Source: a virus
DNA length: 64,000 nt
Direction: 5' to 3' (one strand)
IMG/VR virus record: IMGVR_UViG_3300031823_000001
Coordinates: 32,001 to 96,000 of that record
The notes under the pieces were generated by a model. That model was given only the letters and a program-made list of their open reading frames with translations, was not told where the DNA came from and searched no databases. A program made the translations under genes and the position numbers. Of this stretch, positions 36,799 to 46,337 are shown one piece after another. Within the stretch, counting starts at the first letter, position 1, and each line of letters starts with the position of its first letter.

Positions 36799-37091
36799 AT
36801 GCGCTGTTCAGTTGTACCCCGGAAACGGGAGGAGCCGCCTGCGGTTTTCTCCGCTGGCGGCTCCTGGGTGGTCCGGTTTCCCGTTACCCAGGGAGCCCCC
36901 TGCCGCTGCACGGCCTGTCTTCGGGCTGGACGGCCTTCAGGGCATGCCCTGAGAGCCAGCCCTGAGACTGGTAGCCGCGTGCGGTGGAGAAGGTCATCCC
37001 TGTCCGTTTCATGTGGTCTGCTTGCCGCCGGCCCGCTTGAACGATCCCCTCGCGGGGTCCTCCAGAGGCGGTCTCCGGCGGTTATGGGTCA

Positions 37092-37121
37092 ACCATAGCA
37101 GCCTCTCCCGGCAAGACGCAA
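37092..37121 (-). promoter_or_regulatory. candidate promoter for the tRNA array
   Basis: TTGCGT-18-TATGGT on minus strand; spacer-type motif copy adjacent at 37126-37147. Confidence 0.45.
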
Positions 37122-37141
37122 CGCTATTACAGGTTTTCTTG

Positions 37142-37369
37142 CTAACTCTGCCGGGGGTCCGGGTTCTCTTCCGCCAGCAGGCGCTTCACCTCGGACTCGC
37201 GGAACCTGCGGTGCCCGCCCGGGGTGCGGACCGACCTGATCCTCGGCGGCTTCGCCGCTGCCCAGCGGGTCACCGTCTTGGGATCGACCCGGAAGAGGGC
37301 AGCCACCTCGCCGGGGGTGAGCAGCGGGTCGTCTTGGCCGTCTTTGGGCACGCGAGCAGGAACAGTCAT
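37142..37369 (-). CDS. bldC: BldC-family (MerR-like HTH) regulator
   Basis: PLLTPGEVAALFRVDPKTVTRWA...RTPGGHRRFRESEVKRLL closely follows Streptomyces BldC; AAGGAG SD. Confidence 0.88.
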   Translation of the reverse strand: MTVPARVPKDGQDDPLLTPGEVAALFRVDPKTVTRWAAAKPPRIRSVRTPGGHRRFRESEVKRLLAEENPDPRQS

Positions 37370-37503
37370 GTCAGCTCCTTATGGGGACGTACGATGCTTC
37401 CCTGGCAAGATTGCCCTAAAGAGGCAGGCCAGGACTCAAGTCACATTAGCCGAGGCTGTTTTGTGACCACCGCACACCTGTGCCGCCCGCCGCCGTGCAG
37501 TAT

Positions 37504-38030
37504 CCGTGCAATCTTCGTGCGGTCCGCGTGCAATCTTCGTGCGCATATGTGCAGAACGCGATTTCGGTAAAAGCTCCCCAGCAGTGACGTGTGCACATGT
37601 GCAATCTTGAAGCGTCTTATCCGCCAGAAAAATCAGGCCGAGGACGAAGGTGACTAATGCGGCTAAATTCGCAAATCGGTCACCGCGTGGGAATCAGCCC
37701 GCGTAGCTACCATTAGTTACTTGTGGTATACCAACTGTCGGCTCGCATGCGCGAGACGAGGCTTTGGGCACTTTCAGATTGCACATGTGCACATATCCCA
37801 GGTCAGAGTGTTTAACAGAAGACACGTTCTGCACAAAATGTGCACACCGGATTGCACAGGCCCCGCGAAGATTGCACGGCACCGGGCCGGCCGCGTAGGG
37901 AGGAACCTCAACACAACACCAAATACAACTATGTACTAATACTTTTTAGAAAATAAGAAGTAGTTATATACATGGTTTAGTTAGTTAGTAGTTGTTACGT
38001 CGAATACTATTTCCTAAGCTAGTTACCCGC
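37504..38030. repeat. dyad-symmetric iteron-like repeat array plus AT-rich tract (candidate origin)
   Basis: three inverted pairs share centre 37691/37692; GTGCAATCTTCGTGCG repeated with 22-nt period; AT-rich about 37915-38030. Confidence 0.65.
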
Positions 38031-38086
38031 CGGTAGCATACGGTACCGTAACCTCGCGTCCCCCTCTGGGTAGCCCTGGAAGGCTC

Positions 38087-38788
38087 ATGGCCGCCCTGAC
38101 CGAGACGCAGGAGATGATCATCTCCCCCAGCCCGGACCGGCTGATCATGCTCGTCCCCGGGCTGTCGGGGAGCCGCGCCCGGAACCTGGCCAACGCGGCA
38201 CTCCGGGAAGCGCGCCGGGTCATGCCGAAGCTGTCCGGGCAGGCGGCCAGCCGGATGTTCCCGCTGTACGGCTCGGGCTACTTCGGCATCGGCTGGCAGG
38301 ACTCCTACGTCTGGTTCCAGGAACAGGGGATCCGGCCGTTCACCATGTTCTCCCTGGCGGGCAAGACAATCCCCATGTGGATCGACGACCCGACGGGCAC
38401 CGAGCGGGAGAAGAACCCGAAGGCCCGGACCCGGGTCACCCTGTCCGGCAAGACCCAGGTGCTGATCTTCCGCAAGGCGGCCATGCCCGGCCAGATGAAA
38501 ACGGTCCGCAAGAAGGTCGCCGGAGGGACCTATGAGGAGAAGAGCGTCCCGCTGTCCTACCCTGGGGCGCCGGGCCGGATCGGCAAGCGCGAGGCTCCTG
38601 CCCCGTGGACCACCCCCGGACGGGTGGCTGGCGCTGTCGCCCGTGGCAACGTCGGGACCCGGTGGCGTCATCCGGGACTGGCGCCGCGCAAGTTCCTGAA
38701 CCACGCGGTGAGCCTCGCCGCGCAGCAGGGCGGCATCAACCCGGAGCGGATCTACGCCGCCGACCGTACCTGGAGAGCCCGGTTCTAG
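38087..38788 (+). CDS. neck / tail-completion type virion protein
   Basis: 233 aa basic; RWRHPGL.PR.FL motif; first gene of tail operon. Confidence 0.6.
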   Translation: MAALTETQEMIISPSPDRLIMLVPGLSGSRARNLANAALREARRVMPKLSGQAASRMFPLYGSGYFGIGWQDSYVWFQEQGIRPFTMFSLAGKTIPMWIDDPTGTEREKNPKARTRVTLSGKTQVLIFRKAAMPGQMKTVRKKVAGGTYEEKSVPLSYPGAPGRIGKREAPAPWTTPGRVAGAVARGNVGTRWRHPGLAPRKFLNHAVSLAAQQGGINPERIYAADRTWRARF

Positions 38789-38867
38789 GGGAATCGGCCG
38801 CCTCCCTTAACTCCCGAGAGCCAGGGTGTCTTCTCCTGTTGCAAGCACGCAGCAGACGGAGGATGAC

Positions 38868-39092
38868 ATGTTCAAGGCAGAAAGAGACGACGAGTTCAGC
38901 GGCCACGCGGTGGTCTGCGAGCTGTCGGACGACTACAACAGGGACGGAACTGTCGTCGGTTACACGGTGGGGGAAGAGGCACTGGACGATGCGGCCGAGG
39001 TTGCCCGGTACATGAGCGGGACCGGCCGTCAGCCGCCTCAGGAGATGCGAGAGACCCTGAATTACACCGTGGCAGCCGGAGAGGAGTTCTAG
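38868..39092 (+). CDS. hypothetical protein
   Basis: GGAGG SD then ATG. Confidence 0.6.
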   Translation: MFKAERDDEFSGHAVVCELSDDYNRDGTVVGYTVGEEALDDAAEVARYMSGTGRQPPQEMRETLNYTVAAGEEF

Positions 39093-39112
39093 GCAGCCGC
39101 CCCGGAAGGTTC

Positions 39113-39760
39113 ATGACGGGCTACCTCCGGACGATCAAGACGACCGCCGTGAACGCGGTCCAGCAGTCGTTCACGTCCCGGTACCCGGAGCCCGACTCGG
39201 CCGGCGGCACCTCGGAGCAGCCGTTCGTGTCGATCGAGTACCCAGTGGAGGAGGCGCAGTACCCGGCCGTCTGGGTGGACTTCGAGACCAGCGAGCTGCG
39301 CACCGTCGGCATCGCCTACACCCAGACCGACCCGCAGAACAACGCCTACGCCCGCTGGCGGTTCACCGGGCACGCCGTGTTCACCATCGTCGCGATGACG
39401 TCCAACGAGTGCGACATGATCTTCGACCAGATGGTGTCGATGACCGCGTTCGCGGCCCAGTCCGAGTTCCCGTCGGTGTTCCGGCAGACGGTGGAGGCCG
39501 CTCCCCTGGTGGCCAGCGTGTGGTCGTTCGACACCGTGGAGGCCCGCGCGAACGCCGCCGCGCCGGGCACTCCGTGGGGCACGATGGAGGTCATCTACGA
39601 GCGCGGCTTCGCGCTCCAGGTCATCGGCGAGTTCGTCACCGACCCGTACTCGCAGGCGCTGGTCGAGCTGAGCGCGATCGACGTGGTGATGACCGAGGCG
39701 GGCTTCCCGGACTCGACGATCATCCAGATCCCTTCAGGCCAGGTCACCAACACAGGATGA
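39113..39760 (+). CDS. tail terminator-like protein
   Basis: 215 aa directly before sheath; SIEYP.E..QYP.VWVDF. Confidence 0.6.
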   Translation: MTGYLRTIKTTAVNAVQQSFTSRYPEPDSAGGTSEQPFVSIEYPVEEAQYPAVWVDFETSELRTVGIAYTQTDPQNNAYARWRFTGHAVFTIVAMTSNECDMIFDQMVSMTAFAAQSEFPSVFRQTVEAAPLVASVWSFDTVEARANAAAPGTPWGTMEVIYERGFALQVIGEFVTDPYSQALVELSAIDVVMTEAGFPDSTIIQIPSGQVTNTG

Positions 39761-39819
39761 TCAGGTCCCTGCTGCCCCGGAAGGAGTGACCACCAGGGCT
39801 GCAAGCGGGAAAGGGACAT

Positions 39820-41364
39820 TTGGTGACGATTCCGTCCTTTACGTCATATCAGCCACCGCAAGTGTATGTAACGGACACTTCGATCCCGATCGTCGTGACC
39901 CCGCTGGTGCCCTCCACGGTCCTGACCCTCGTCGGCCCGGCGCTCGGCTACCGCACCGCCGTCCAGTCGCTGCTGCTCTACGCGGCCACCGCGACCGGCC
40001 TGACCTACACGGGCGTGTTCACCACCGCCCAGTCGGGGCCGCCCGTCGTCACGGCCCCGGTGGTCAGCACCCTGACCGGGACGATCCTCACCGTGGGCGT
40101 GGACTACGAGCTGACGGTGACCGCCGACCCGTCGGGCAACGCCGGGCTGGCCACCACGACGATCACCCGGGTCAACACGAGCACGAACGTCTCCGACGGC
40201 CAGCAGGTCTCGGTCACCTACAACTACGCCGACGCCGGCTACTACGCGCCGCAGGTCTTCTACGACCAGCAGAGCGTCATCAACGCCTACGGGCAGCCGT
40301 TCCTGTCGTCGGTGCCGGTGGCCCCGAACGCCTCCCAGGTGGCGAACCCGCTGTCGTGCGCCGCGCAGATCGCGTTCAGCAACGGGGCGACCACGCTGAT
40401 CTGCGTGGCCTGCAACCCGGCCGACGGGTCCCTGGAGCAGCAGCTCACCGCCGCGTACGCCAAGGTGGCGACCACCCCGGCGGCGACGATCGTGGTGCCC
40501 GTCTTCACCGACGACCTGACCCCGAGTTCGGGCACGGTCGCGGCCGAGGCGCAGTCGCTGGCGCAGGCGCTGAACACCGCGATGGTGACCGCGTACAACG
40601 ACGGGTTCCCCAGGATCGGCTTCTTCGGCCTGCCGAGGAACTACAGCGAGGGCGACATCCCGTTGCCGACGCTGGCGGCGAACATCGCCAGCCGCCGCCT
40701 GGTGCTCGCCTACCCGGAGATCGTGCTGCTCTACAACACGGCGACGAGCACGACGTTCCAGGCGTCGGGCTGCTACCTGGCGGTGGCGCTCGGCGCGGTC
40801 CTGTCGTCCCTGCCGGTCAACACCGGCATCACCAACCAGACGGTGCGGGGGACCGGCGGCCTGCCGCAGGCCGAGGTCACCCTGATGACCAACGCGTTCA
40901 TGAACACGGTCGCGGCTTCGGGCGTGTCGGTGTGCTCGCTGAACTACGCGGGGGCGCTGACCTGCCGCCAGGGCCTGACCACTGACATGTCGGCGATCAA
41001 CCGCCAGGAGATCTCGGTGGTGCGCCAGTCCGACTCGCTGTTCGTGGCGGTCAGCCAGGGCCTGATGAACGCGGGCCTGATCGGCCAGCCGATCACGGCG
41101 AACACGGTCAGCGCGGTGCAGGAGGCGGTTCTCGGCATCCTGGAGGGCGCGGTCACCCAGCAGGTGATCATCAGCTACACGAACCTGACGGTGCAGCAGC
41201 AGGCGTACCCGGGCGGCAACCCGACCATCATGAGCGTGACTTTCCAGTACCTGCCGGCGATGCCGCTGAATTTCATCACCGTGCAGATGTCGATCGACCT
41301 CTCGGGCGGCCTGGTGGCCACCCAGTCGCAGCAGAACGCCTCGGGCACCGGGACAGGCGCCTAA
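39820..41364 (+). CDS. tail sheath protein
   Basis: 514 aa; Y.PP.VYV N-terminus; RQGLTT...EIS.VR..D and F.Y.PA.PLNFI.V C-terminal sheath motifs. Confidence 0.88.
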   Translation: MVTIPSFTSYQPPQVYVTDTSIPIVVTPLVPSTVLTLVGPALGYRTAVQSLLLYAATATGLTYTGVFTTAQSGPPVVTAPVVSTLTGTILTVGVDYELTVTADPSGNAGLATTTITRVNTSTNVSDGQQVSVTYNYADAGYYAPQVFYDQQSVINAYGQPFLSSVPVAPNASQVANPLSCAAQIAFSNGATTLICVACNPADGSLEQQLTAAYAKVATTPAATIVVPVFTDDLTPSSGTVAAEAQSLAQALNTAMVTAYNDGFPRIGFFGLPRNYSEGDIPLPTLAANIASRRLVLAYPEIVLLYNTATSTTFQASGCYLAVALGAVLSSLPVNTGITNQTVRGTGGLPQAEVTLMTNAFMNTVAASGVSVCSLNYAGALTCRQGLTTDMSAINRQEISVVRQSDSLFVAVSQGLMNAGLIGQPITANTVSAVQEAVLGILEGAVTQQVIISYTNLTVQQQAYPGGNPTIMSVTFQYLPAMPLNFITVQMSIDLSGGLVATQSQQNASGTGTGA

Positions 41365-41371
41365 CTAGCGT

Positions 41372-41782
41372 TCACCACTGGGCGTCCTCGGCTTCCTCGG
41401 CATCGCTGACCGGCCTCCAGCGGGACGACTGGTCTGTCCAGGGGAGGGCCAGGCCGTCTCCCTTGGTGCGCGGCACCAGGTGCACGTGCAAGTGGAAGAC
41501 CGACTGGGTGGCCTCGGCGCCGGCGGAGGTGATCAGGTTGAAGGACCTGATGCCGTTCATTCCCGCCCAGCGGGAGGCGTGTTCTACGGCGAGCCCGGCT
41601 CCGTAGGGCCCGTTTCGCGGGTCGGCGGCGCTTTCGACGTGGGTGGTCGGCACGAACAGCAGGTGCCCCGGGGTGACCGGGTCCAGCGGCTCGAACCAGA
41701 CGATGCTCGGCTGCATCTCCGGCTTTACGAAGGCTTCGTATTCCCCGTGCTCGATGCGCAGGCAGAACGGGCAGCCCATCAC
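41372..41782 (-). CDS. HIT family nucleotide hydrolase
   Basis: CPFC, P..PGH.L.VP..H, QSVFHLHVHLVPR. Confidence 0.9.
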   Translation of the reverse strand: MMGCPFCLRIEHGEYEAFVKPEMQPSIVWFEPLDPVTPGHLLFVPTTHVESAADPRNGPYGAGLAVEHASRWAGMNGIRSFNLITSAGAEATQSVFHLHVHLVPRTKGDGLALPWTDQSSRWRPVSDAEEAEDAQW

Positions 41783-41976
41783 GGCACGATCGCCTGCCGC
41801 TCGTGCTCGGCGGCCGTCTGCTCTCGGACGGCGTCGGCGACGTCGAGCAGTGCCCAGCCGACGGCGGTGAGCGCGCCGGCGATGTCTCCCAGTCCGACCC
41901 GGCCGGTGGCTCCCAGGCCTTCCTCGACGGCGTGCAGCATGGCGTCGGCTGCCGCGCGGGGGTGCTGGTTGGTCAT
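41779..41976 (-). CDS. hypothetical protein
   Basis: coupled via repeated CAGGAGGAATCATGA junction. Confidence 0.65.
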   Translation of the reverse strand: MTNQHPRAAADAMLHAVEEGLGATGRVGLGDIAGALTAVGWALLDVADAVREQTAAEHERQAIVP

Positions 41977-42245
41977 GATTCCTCCTGGCTGGGCTTACGG
42001 TCGAATTCCGGGCGGCTGACCCCGGCCGGCCACTTCTCCTGGCAGCCGCGCCTTTGGCATCGCAGGATCACCGGGACTGACCCCGCCTGGACTGTCGTGT
42101 CGGTGCGTTCGAGGTCGAACTTGCTGGTGGCCAGTATGGTGCGCGAGCAGGAGGCGAAGATCTTGTCGCGGACTATGTGGTAGCGGCGCGCTGTGCCGGG
42201 GTGGTTGTAGCTGGTGGCGTCGCGCATCGCCGCCCGGTAGCTCAT
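41973..42245 (-). CDS. hypothetical protein
   Basis: coupled via repeated junction. Confidence 0.65.
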   Translation of the reverse strand: MSYRAAMRDATSYNHPGTARRYHIVRDKIFASCSRTILATSKFDLERTDTTVQAGSVPVILRCQRRGCQEKWPAGVSRPEFDRKPSQEES

Positions 42246-42565
42246 GATTCCTCCTGGCCGGCGGCGAACCGGGACCTGATCCTGGTGCGGATCTCCCGCG
42301 AATCCATTACCTGCTGCCCGGCTTCCCGCCAGGTGACAGGGACGGCCCCGGCCTTTATGGCGGCGAGGCGCTTGGACTCGGTGACGTCGTAGTGCTGCAT
42401 GGGCCAGGGCTTGTCCTGGAACCAGGAGCGGTGCAGCCCGATCTTCGCGGCGAGGGCGTGCAGTTCCTCGATGTCGTCGTCGGGCCCGACGGTGAGGTGG
42501 GACCAGCGGGCGGTGATGCGGCCGACGGTGGCCTTCTGCCGCCAGTCGTCTACGTAGACGGTCAT
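42242..42565 (-). CDS. DUF4031 family protein
   Basis: MTVYVD...WSHL...EELHA.A..IGL.RSWFQ....HYDVT..KR. Confidence 0.8.
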   Translation of the reverse strand: MTVYVDDWRQKATVGRITARWSHLTVGPDDDIEELHALAAKIGLHRSWFQDKPWPMQHYDVTESKRLAAIKAGAVPVTWREAGQQVMDSREIRTRIRSRFAAGQEES

Positions 42566-43440
42566 GATTCCTCCTGGTCGGTGACGTGGGCGTAGGAACG
42601 GCGGCTGAGGATATTGCCGAGGGCGGCTTCCTTGATGCCGAAGCGCCCGGCTAGAACGGAGCGCTTCATTCCCTCGGCCCCGAGCCGCCGGATCTCGCGG
42701 ATCTGCTCGTCCGTGAACCGCGCATCGCTGCGGCGCGAGCGTGCCTTCGGCATGTCCCGGCAGATGATCGAGATGTTCGAGTGGTGAACGCCGAACTGCA
42801 ACCCGAGTTCGTGGATGCTCTTCCCCTCGGCTCGCAGGCGCCTGATCTCTGCGGCTTGAGGTGCGGTGAGCTTCCCGCCTGACATGCGGCGCTCGTGGGG
42901 AGCGATCGGCGGAGGATCGGTGATCCATCCCCAGCTCTTGCCCGAGAGCGCGAGCTGGACAGTGTCGAGCTTGCGGTCCAGTTCGGCGGCGATCTTCGGC
43001 GCACTCAGGCCGCCCCGGTAGAGAGTGCGGGCCTTGCGCACTAGGTCGGGACTCAGTGCGTCCTGGCCGCCGATCCCGAGAGACCGGCGCCTGATCGCCT
43101 TGTCGCGGTTATTGTCCGCGACGCTCCCGTCCCTGATGTGCAGCGGACGGCAGCAGGGCGGGTTGTCGCAGTCATGCCTTCCGATCACCGGCATGTACCC
43201 GTGCACCAGGTAGAAGGCGACTCTCTGGGCGTTGACTGTTCCCTTGCGTCCGGTGAGCGGGTTGATCATGCTGACGGCCCCGTAGTTCCCTCTCGGGCGC
43301 TTCCGGGTGGCTCTGAGGAACTCCCAGCAGGACTCGTCGTCGTCGATGATGTTGACCTTCGGCCAAAACTGCCTGTCGGGACCGGGAAGAGTTGTGAGCT
43401 GGCCGTCTCGGAGGACCTGCTCGTACTCGATGATGTTCAC
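42562..43440 (-). CDS. HNH homing endonuclease with C-terminal HTH repeats
   Basis: FW.KV...CWE; RH.CDNP.CC.P.H...G...DN..D; three HTH-like repeats; TAGTAT -10, leaderless GTG. Confidence 0.88.
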   Translation of the reverse strand: MNIIEYEQVLRDGQLTTLPGPDRQFWPKVNIIDDDESCWEFLRATRKRPRGNYGAVSMINPLTGRKGTVNAQRVAFYLVHGYMPVIGRHDCDNPPCCRPLHIRDGSVADNNRDKAIRRRSLGIGGQDALSPDLVRKARTLYRGGLSAPKIAAELDRKLDTVQLALSGKSWGWITDPPPIAPHERRMSGGKLTAPQAAEIRRLRAEGKSIHELGLQFGVHHSNISIICRDMPKARSRRSDARFTDEQIREIRRLGAEGMKRSVLAGRFGIKEAALGNILSRRSYAHVTDQEES

Positions 43441-43499
43441 GAACCCAATACTATCTTGCGAGAGATGGTGTGGCGCGAGGAACGTCCAGAGAGGGGGTG

Positions 43500-44059
43500 G
43501 TGACCACGGCCTCCACGCAAGCGAGAGTAGTCGGATCAGGCTACACTGTGCTGTCATACAACAGCCAGCCTATCGCTTACTGTGAGGGCTGGTTAATTGT
43601 GAGGATAGTGGGCAACGCGCTTTCAGCGATGTCGGCCAGCCTTATCAATTCATCCAGCCCATTGGTGCCGAGCACCCGGTCGAGATTGCCACGTCGCGCG
43701 TGATCTCCGGCGGCACGGTGATGATCACCATCCGCGAGTTGTGGAACCAGCCCGTGTGGTGGCAGCTCGCCGGGCTGACCGGCACCTGGGACATGGTGGA
43801 CATCTTCACCGCCCTGGCGGCCAACCCTAACTACGTCACCGCGTCGATGATTATCAAGCCGCCCGGTACGGAAAGCAACTCGGGTTCCTGGCGAGGCAAG
43901 GTATACCAGAACGTGACAGTCGTAGACATTAACGACGGCGAAACGGTTACCGTCGGGGCTCTGGCGGTCACTAAGGGTATTACCTTCGCGTACACCCACT
44001 ACGTGCCCCTCAACAGCAACCAGTACGGCGCTGGCCTGCTGGGAACCGCCACCGCCTGA
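43500..44059 (+). CDS. tail tube protein, split by an 8-nt insert (43593-43600); about 183 aa if bypassed
   Basis: frame 1 ...IAYCEGW then TTA; second frame EDSGQRAFSDVGQPYQFIQP...RELWN; follows sheath. Confidence 0.8.
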
Positions 44060-44159
44060 TCCCGGGACAATGCCAGCATTACCAAGGAACCTGGTATTCC
44101 TTCTGGTGCCGATGATAAAATTCCTCTTTGCCTGCCAAGGTAAAGCACAAGGAGGAAAA

Positions 44160-44495
44160 GTGGCGCAGAAGGTACAAGTTGACCAGGTAAGCGACCTGGA
44201 CGGGGTGCCGGCCGACGAGACAGTGAAGTTCTCCCTGGACACCACCGACTACGAGATCGACCTGTCCGCTGTCCAGGCGCAGGAGATGCGCGCCGGGCTG
44301 GCCCCGTTCGTGACGCATGCCCGGAAGCGGCCCGGCCGCCCGCGACGCGGCAAGCGGCGGCCCAGCCGCCCCGACCTGCCGGACATCCGCACGTACGCCA
44401 GGGCCAGGGGATACGACATCAACGAGCGGGGCCGCGTCCCCACCCAGATCATCGACGAGTACGACGCGCTGAAGGGCACCGACGCCGCCCGGTAA
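44160..44495 (+). CDS. lsr2: Lsr2 nucleoid-associated protein
   Basis: MAQKV....DLDG..ADETV.F.LD..YEIDLS; IR..AR..G..INERGRVP. Confidence 0.92.
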   Translation: MAQKVQVDQVSDLDGVPADETVKFSLDTTDYEIDLSAVQAQEMRAGLAPFVTHARKRPGRPRRGKRRPSRPDLPDIRTYARARGYDINERGRVPTQIIDEYDALKGTDAAR

Positions 44496-44551
44496 CCCGC
44501 AGGGCCGCCCCCGGAAGGTAAGAACCCAGATTCTCTTCCGGAGGAGGACCA

Positions 44552-44878
44552 TTGACCACTCCCGCCCCGCCGGCGGCGCCCGTCATCACCACGGACAAGG
44601 CCAGCTACAGCCCCGGCGACCCCATCACCGTGACGGTGGAGTACACCGACCCTGCCAACCCCGGCACCGCCGTGACGATCACCGCGACTGTCACCAACTC
44701 TGACGGCACGACCGCCAGCGGCACGGCCCAGGTCACGGTGGGCGCGACACCCGCCAACCCGCTGCCCGTCTCGGTCACCGACTCGCTCGGCGATGCCTAC
44801 ACCCAGACGAGCAACGAGGCCGGCACCGCCGTGTTCGCCGGCACCATCGGGACCCCTCCGGCCGCCCCGGCAGCGTGA
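44552..44878 (+). CDS. small Ig-like virion protein
   Basis: TTG start with GGAGGAGG; TDKASYSPGD.ITVTV motif. Confidence 0.7.
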   Translation: MTTPAPPAAPVITTDKASYSPGDPITVTVEYTDPANPGTAVTITATVTNSDGTTASGTAQVTVGATPANPLPVSVTDSLGDAYTQTSNEAGTAVFAGTIGTPPAAPAA

Positions 44879-44985
44879 TCCTCACCATCGACGTCACAGT
44901 CACCGGCCCGGACGGCTCCACGGCCTCCGGGTCGGTGACCGTTGACGTCACCGACCCGGGAACAGCGGCGGAGGAGCAGGCGTGA
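44875..44985 (+). CDS. 36-aa peptide resembling part of the upstream Ig-like gene
   Basis: GTGA coupling at both ends; VT.PDGSTASG.V.V. Confidence 0.45.
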   Translation: MILTIDVTVTGPDGSTASGSVTVDVTDPGTAAEEQA

Positions 44986-45164
44986 ACGTCAACGTGAACA
45001 CCAGCGTGGGCGCGGACAAGTCCGTGACCTGCGACATCGTGGTTGACGGCCGCCAGGTGGCCGTTACCTTCGCTGAGGGCGAGATCACCTTCGCTGTCGC
45101 TGCCCCGGGCGGCGACATCACTTTCCAGGTGCCCGAGTCCGTGGTTGCCCTGGAGCCCGCGTGA
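44982..45164 (+). CDS. hypothetical protein
   Basis: GGAGGAG SD; coupled both ends. Confidence 0.6.
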   Translation: MNVNVNTSVGADKSVTCDIVVDGRQVAVTFAEGEITFAVAAPGGDITFQVPESVVALEPA

Positions 45165-45703
45165 CCGAGGCATTCCCGGGCGAGGAGACCCCGGCCGGCG
45201 ACGGCCCGACCGACTCGCCCCTGGAGCTGCATGCCGAGCCCCACGACGAGGCCGCCTGGCGCGAGGACTTCACCGGGCTCCTCGTCATGGGCGCGCTGCG
45301 CGGCTGGTTCGAGTGGTGCGGGCACCGCATCGCCATCAAGACCCTCACCACCGAGGAGGAGCTGCTGGTCGCGCAGCTCACCCGCGAGTACGAGGGGGGC
45401 ATCGGCGGGACCAAGGCCTACGCCACGGCGCTGGCCGGGCTGTGCGTGGAGGCGGTGGACCGCCAGCCGATGCCGGTCCCTCTCGGCGAGCACCCCGGCC
45501 AGCCGAACAAGTGGGCGCTGGAGCGGTTCAACTACGCGCTCAGGTGGTACCCGCCGACCATCGACGCGATCTTCGACGCCTACCTCCGGCTGGAGGCCAG
45601 GCAGCGGGACGTCATGGCGGGACTGGGAAAATCCTCGGCCCAGGGGGATGCGACCCCTGGGCTGAGCGCCAGATCCGCCTCGCCGAGCGACGCGGGCTCC
45701 TGA
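45161..45703 (+). CDS. tail assembly chaperone (short form)
   Basis: position before tape measure; slippery site near end. Confidence 0.8.
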   Translation: MTEAFPGEETPAGDGPTDSPLELHAEPHDEAAWREDFTGLLVMGALRGWFEWCGHRIAIKTLTTEEELLVAQLTREYEGGIGGTKAYATALAGLCVEAVDRQPMPVPLGEHPGQPNKWALERFNYALRWYPPTIDAIFDAYLRLEARQRDVMAGLGKSSAQGDATPGLSARSASPSDAGS

Positions 45704-46071
45704 CCGGCCGGTCCCTCAACGTCGTCCAGGAGGCCTGCCTGGACGTCCTGTACTTCCTCGACGGCCTCGCCGAGCGCAGGCGCCGCGAGGACATGATCTT
45801 GTCGGCCGCCGTCTCCGGCGGGGTGATCACCCCCGTTCAGGCGTGGCCGGAGTTCTTCGGAATCGACCGGGGCGACCCGGATGTCTTCCCGTCCGCCGGG
45901 ACCGACAACAGCGGCTTCGCCCTGGAGCGCGCCACCCCCGAGTCGTTCGCGGCCGACATGGCCGCCCTGGTGGCGTCGAGCAGGCAGGTGGTGCTGCGCG
46001 AGGGTTCCCAGCAGCCCGTTCCCGCGCCGCAGGAGCAGCACCAGTACGTCCCCGATCCCGAGTGGACCTGA
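45161..46071 (+). CDS. tail assembly chaperone, -1 frameshift product
   Basis: in-frame G GGA AAA at 45625-45631; -1 frame open to 46071 (ILGPGGCDPWAERQIRLAE...). Confidence 0.8.
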
Positions 46072-46142
46072 GAATTATCCGGAAATCTCGTGGGGTAAAC
46101 GCTATCCGCTCACGTATGAGTCTTCAGGAGGACTCATAGAAC

Positions 46143-46307
46143 ATGAACTGCACCCACGAAGAATGCGAGCCTTACAGCTCCTGCCAGGCGCTCACCGACT
46201 GGGAGCGCAGGATCGAGTTCCGCTTCCGCCAGCGGACGGGCCTGCCCGCTGATGATCTCGCCACCGACCCGGTCGCCTGGTACGAGGGGGCGACCGAAAC
46301 GGGATAG
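46143..46307 (+). CDS. hypothetical protein (54 aa)
   Basis: AGGAGG upstream; ATG...TAG. Confidence 0.5.
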   Translation: MNCTHEECEPYSSCQALTDWERRIEFRFRQRTGLPADDLATDPVAWYEGATETG

Positions 46308-46337
46308 CCGCCGCCCCGGAAGCACGGGAGGCAGAAC

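Noticed and set aside
37504-37879. CRISPR array
   Set aside because: Repeats are short, inverted and irregularly spaced; no repeat-spacer periodicity or cas genes.
43590-43600. Simple sequencing-error frameshifts
   Set aside because: Not homopolymer contexts, and both breaks share the TTA-first, codon-matched design next to HNH genes. Not formally excluded without reads.
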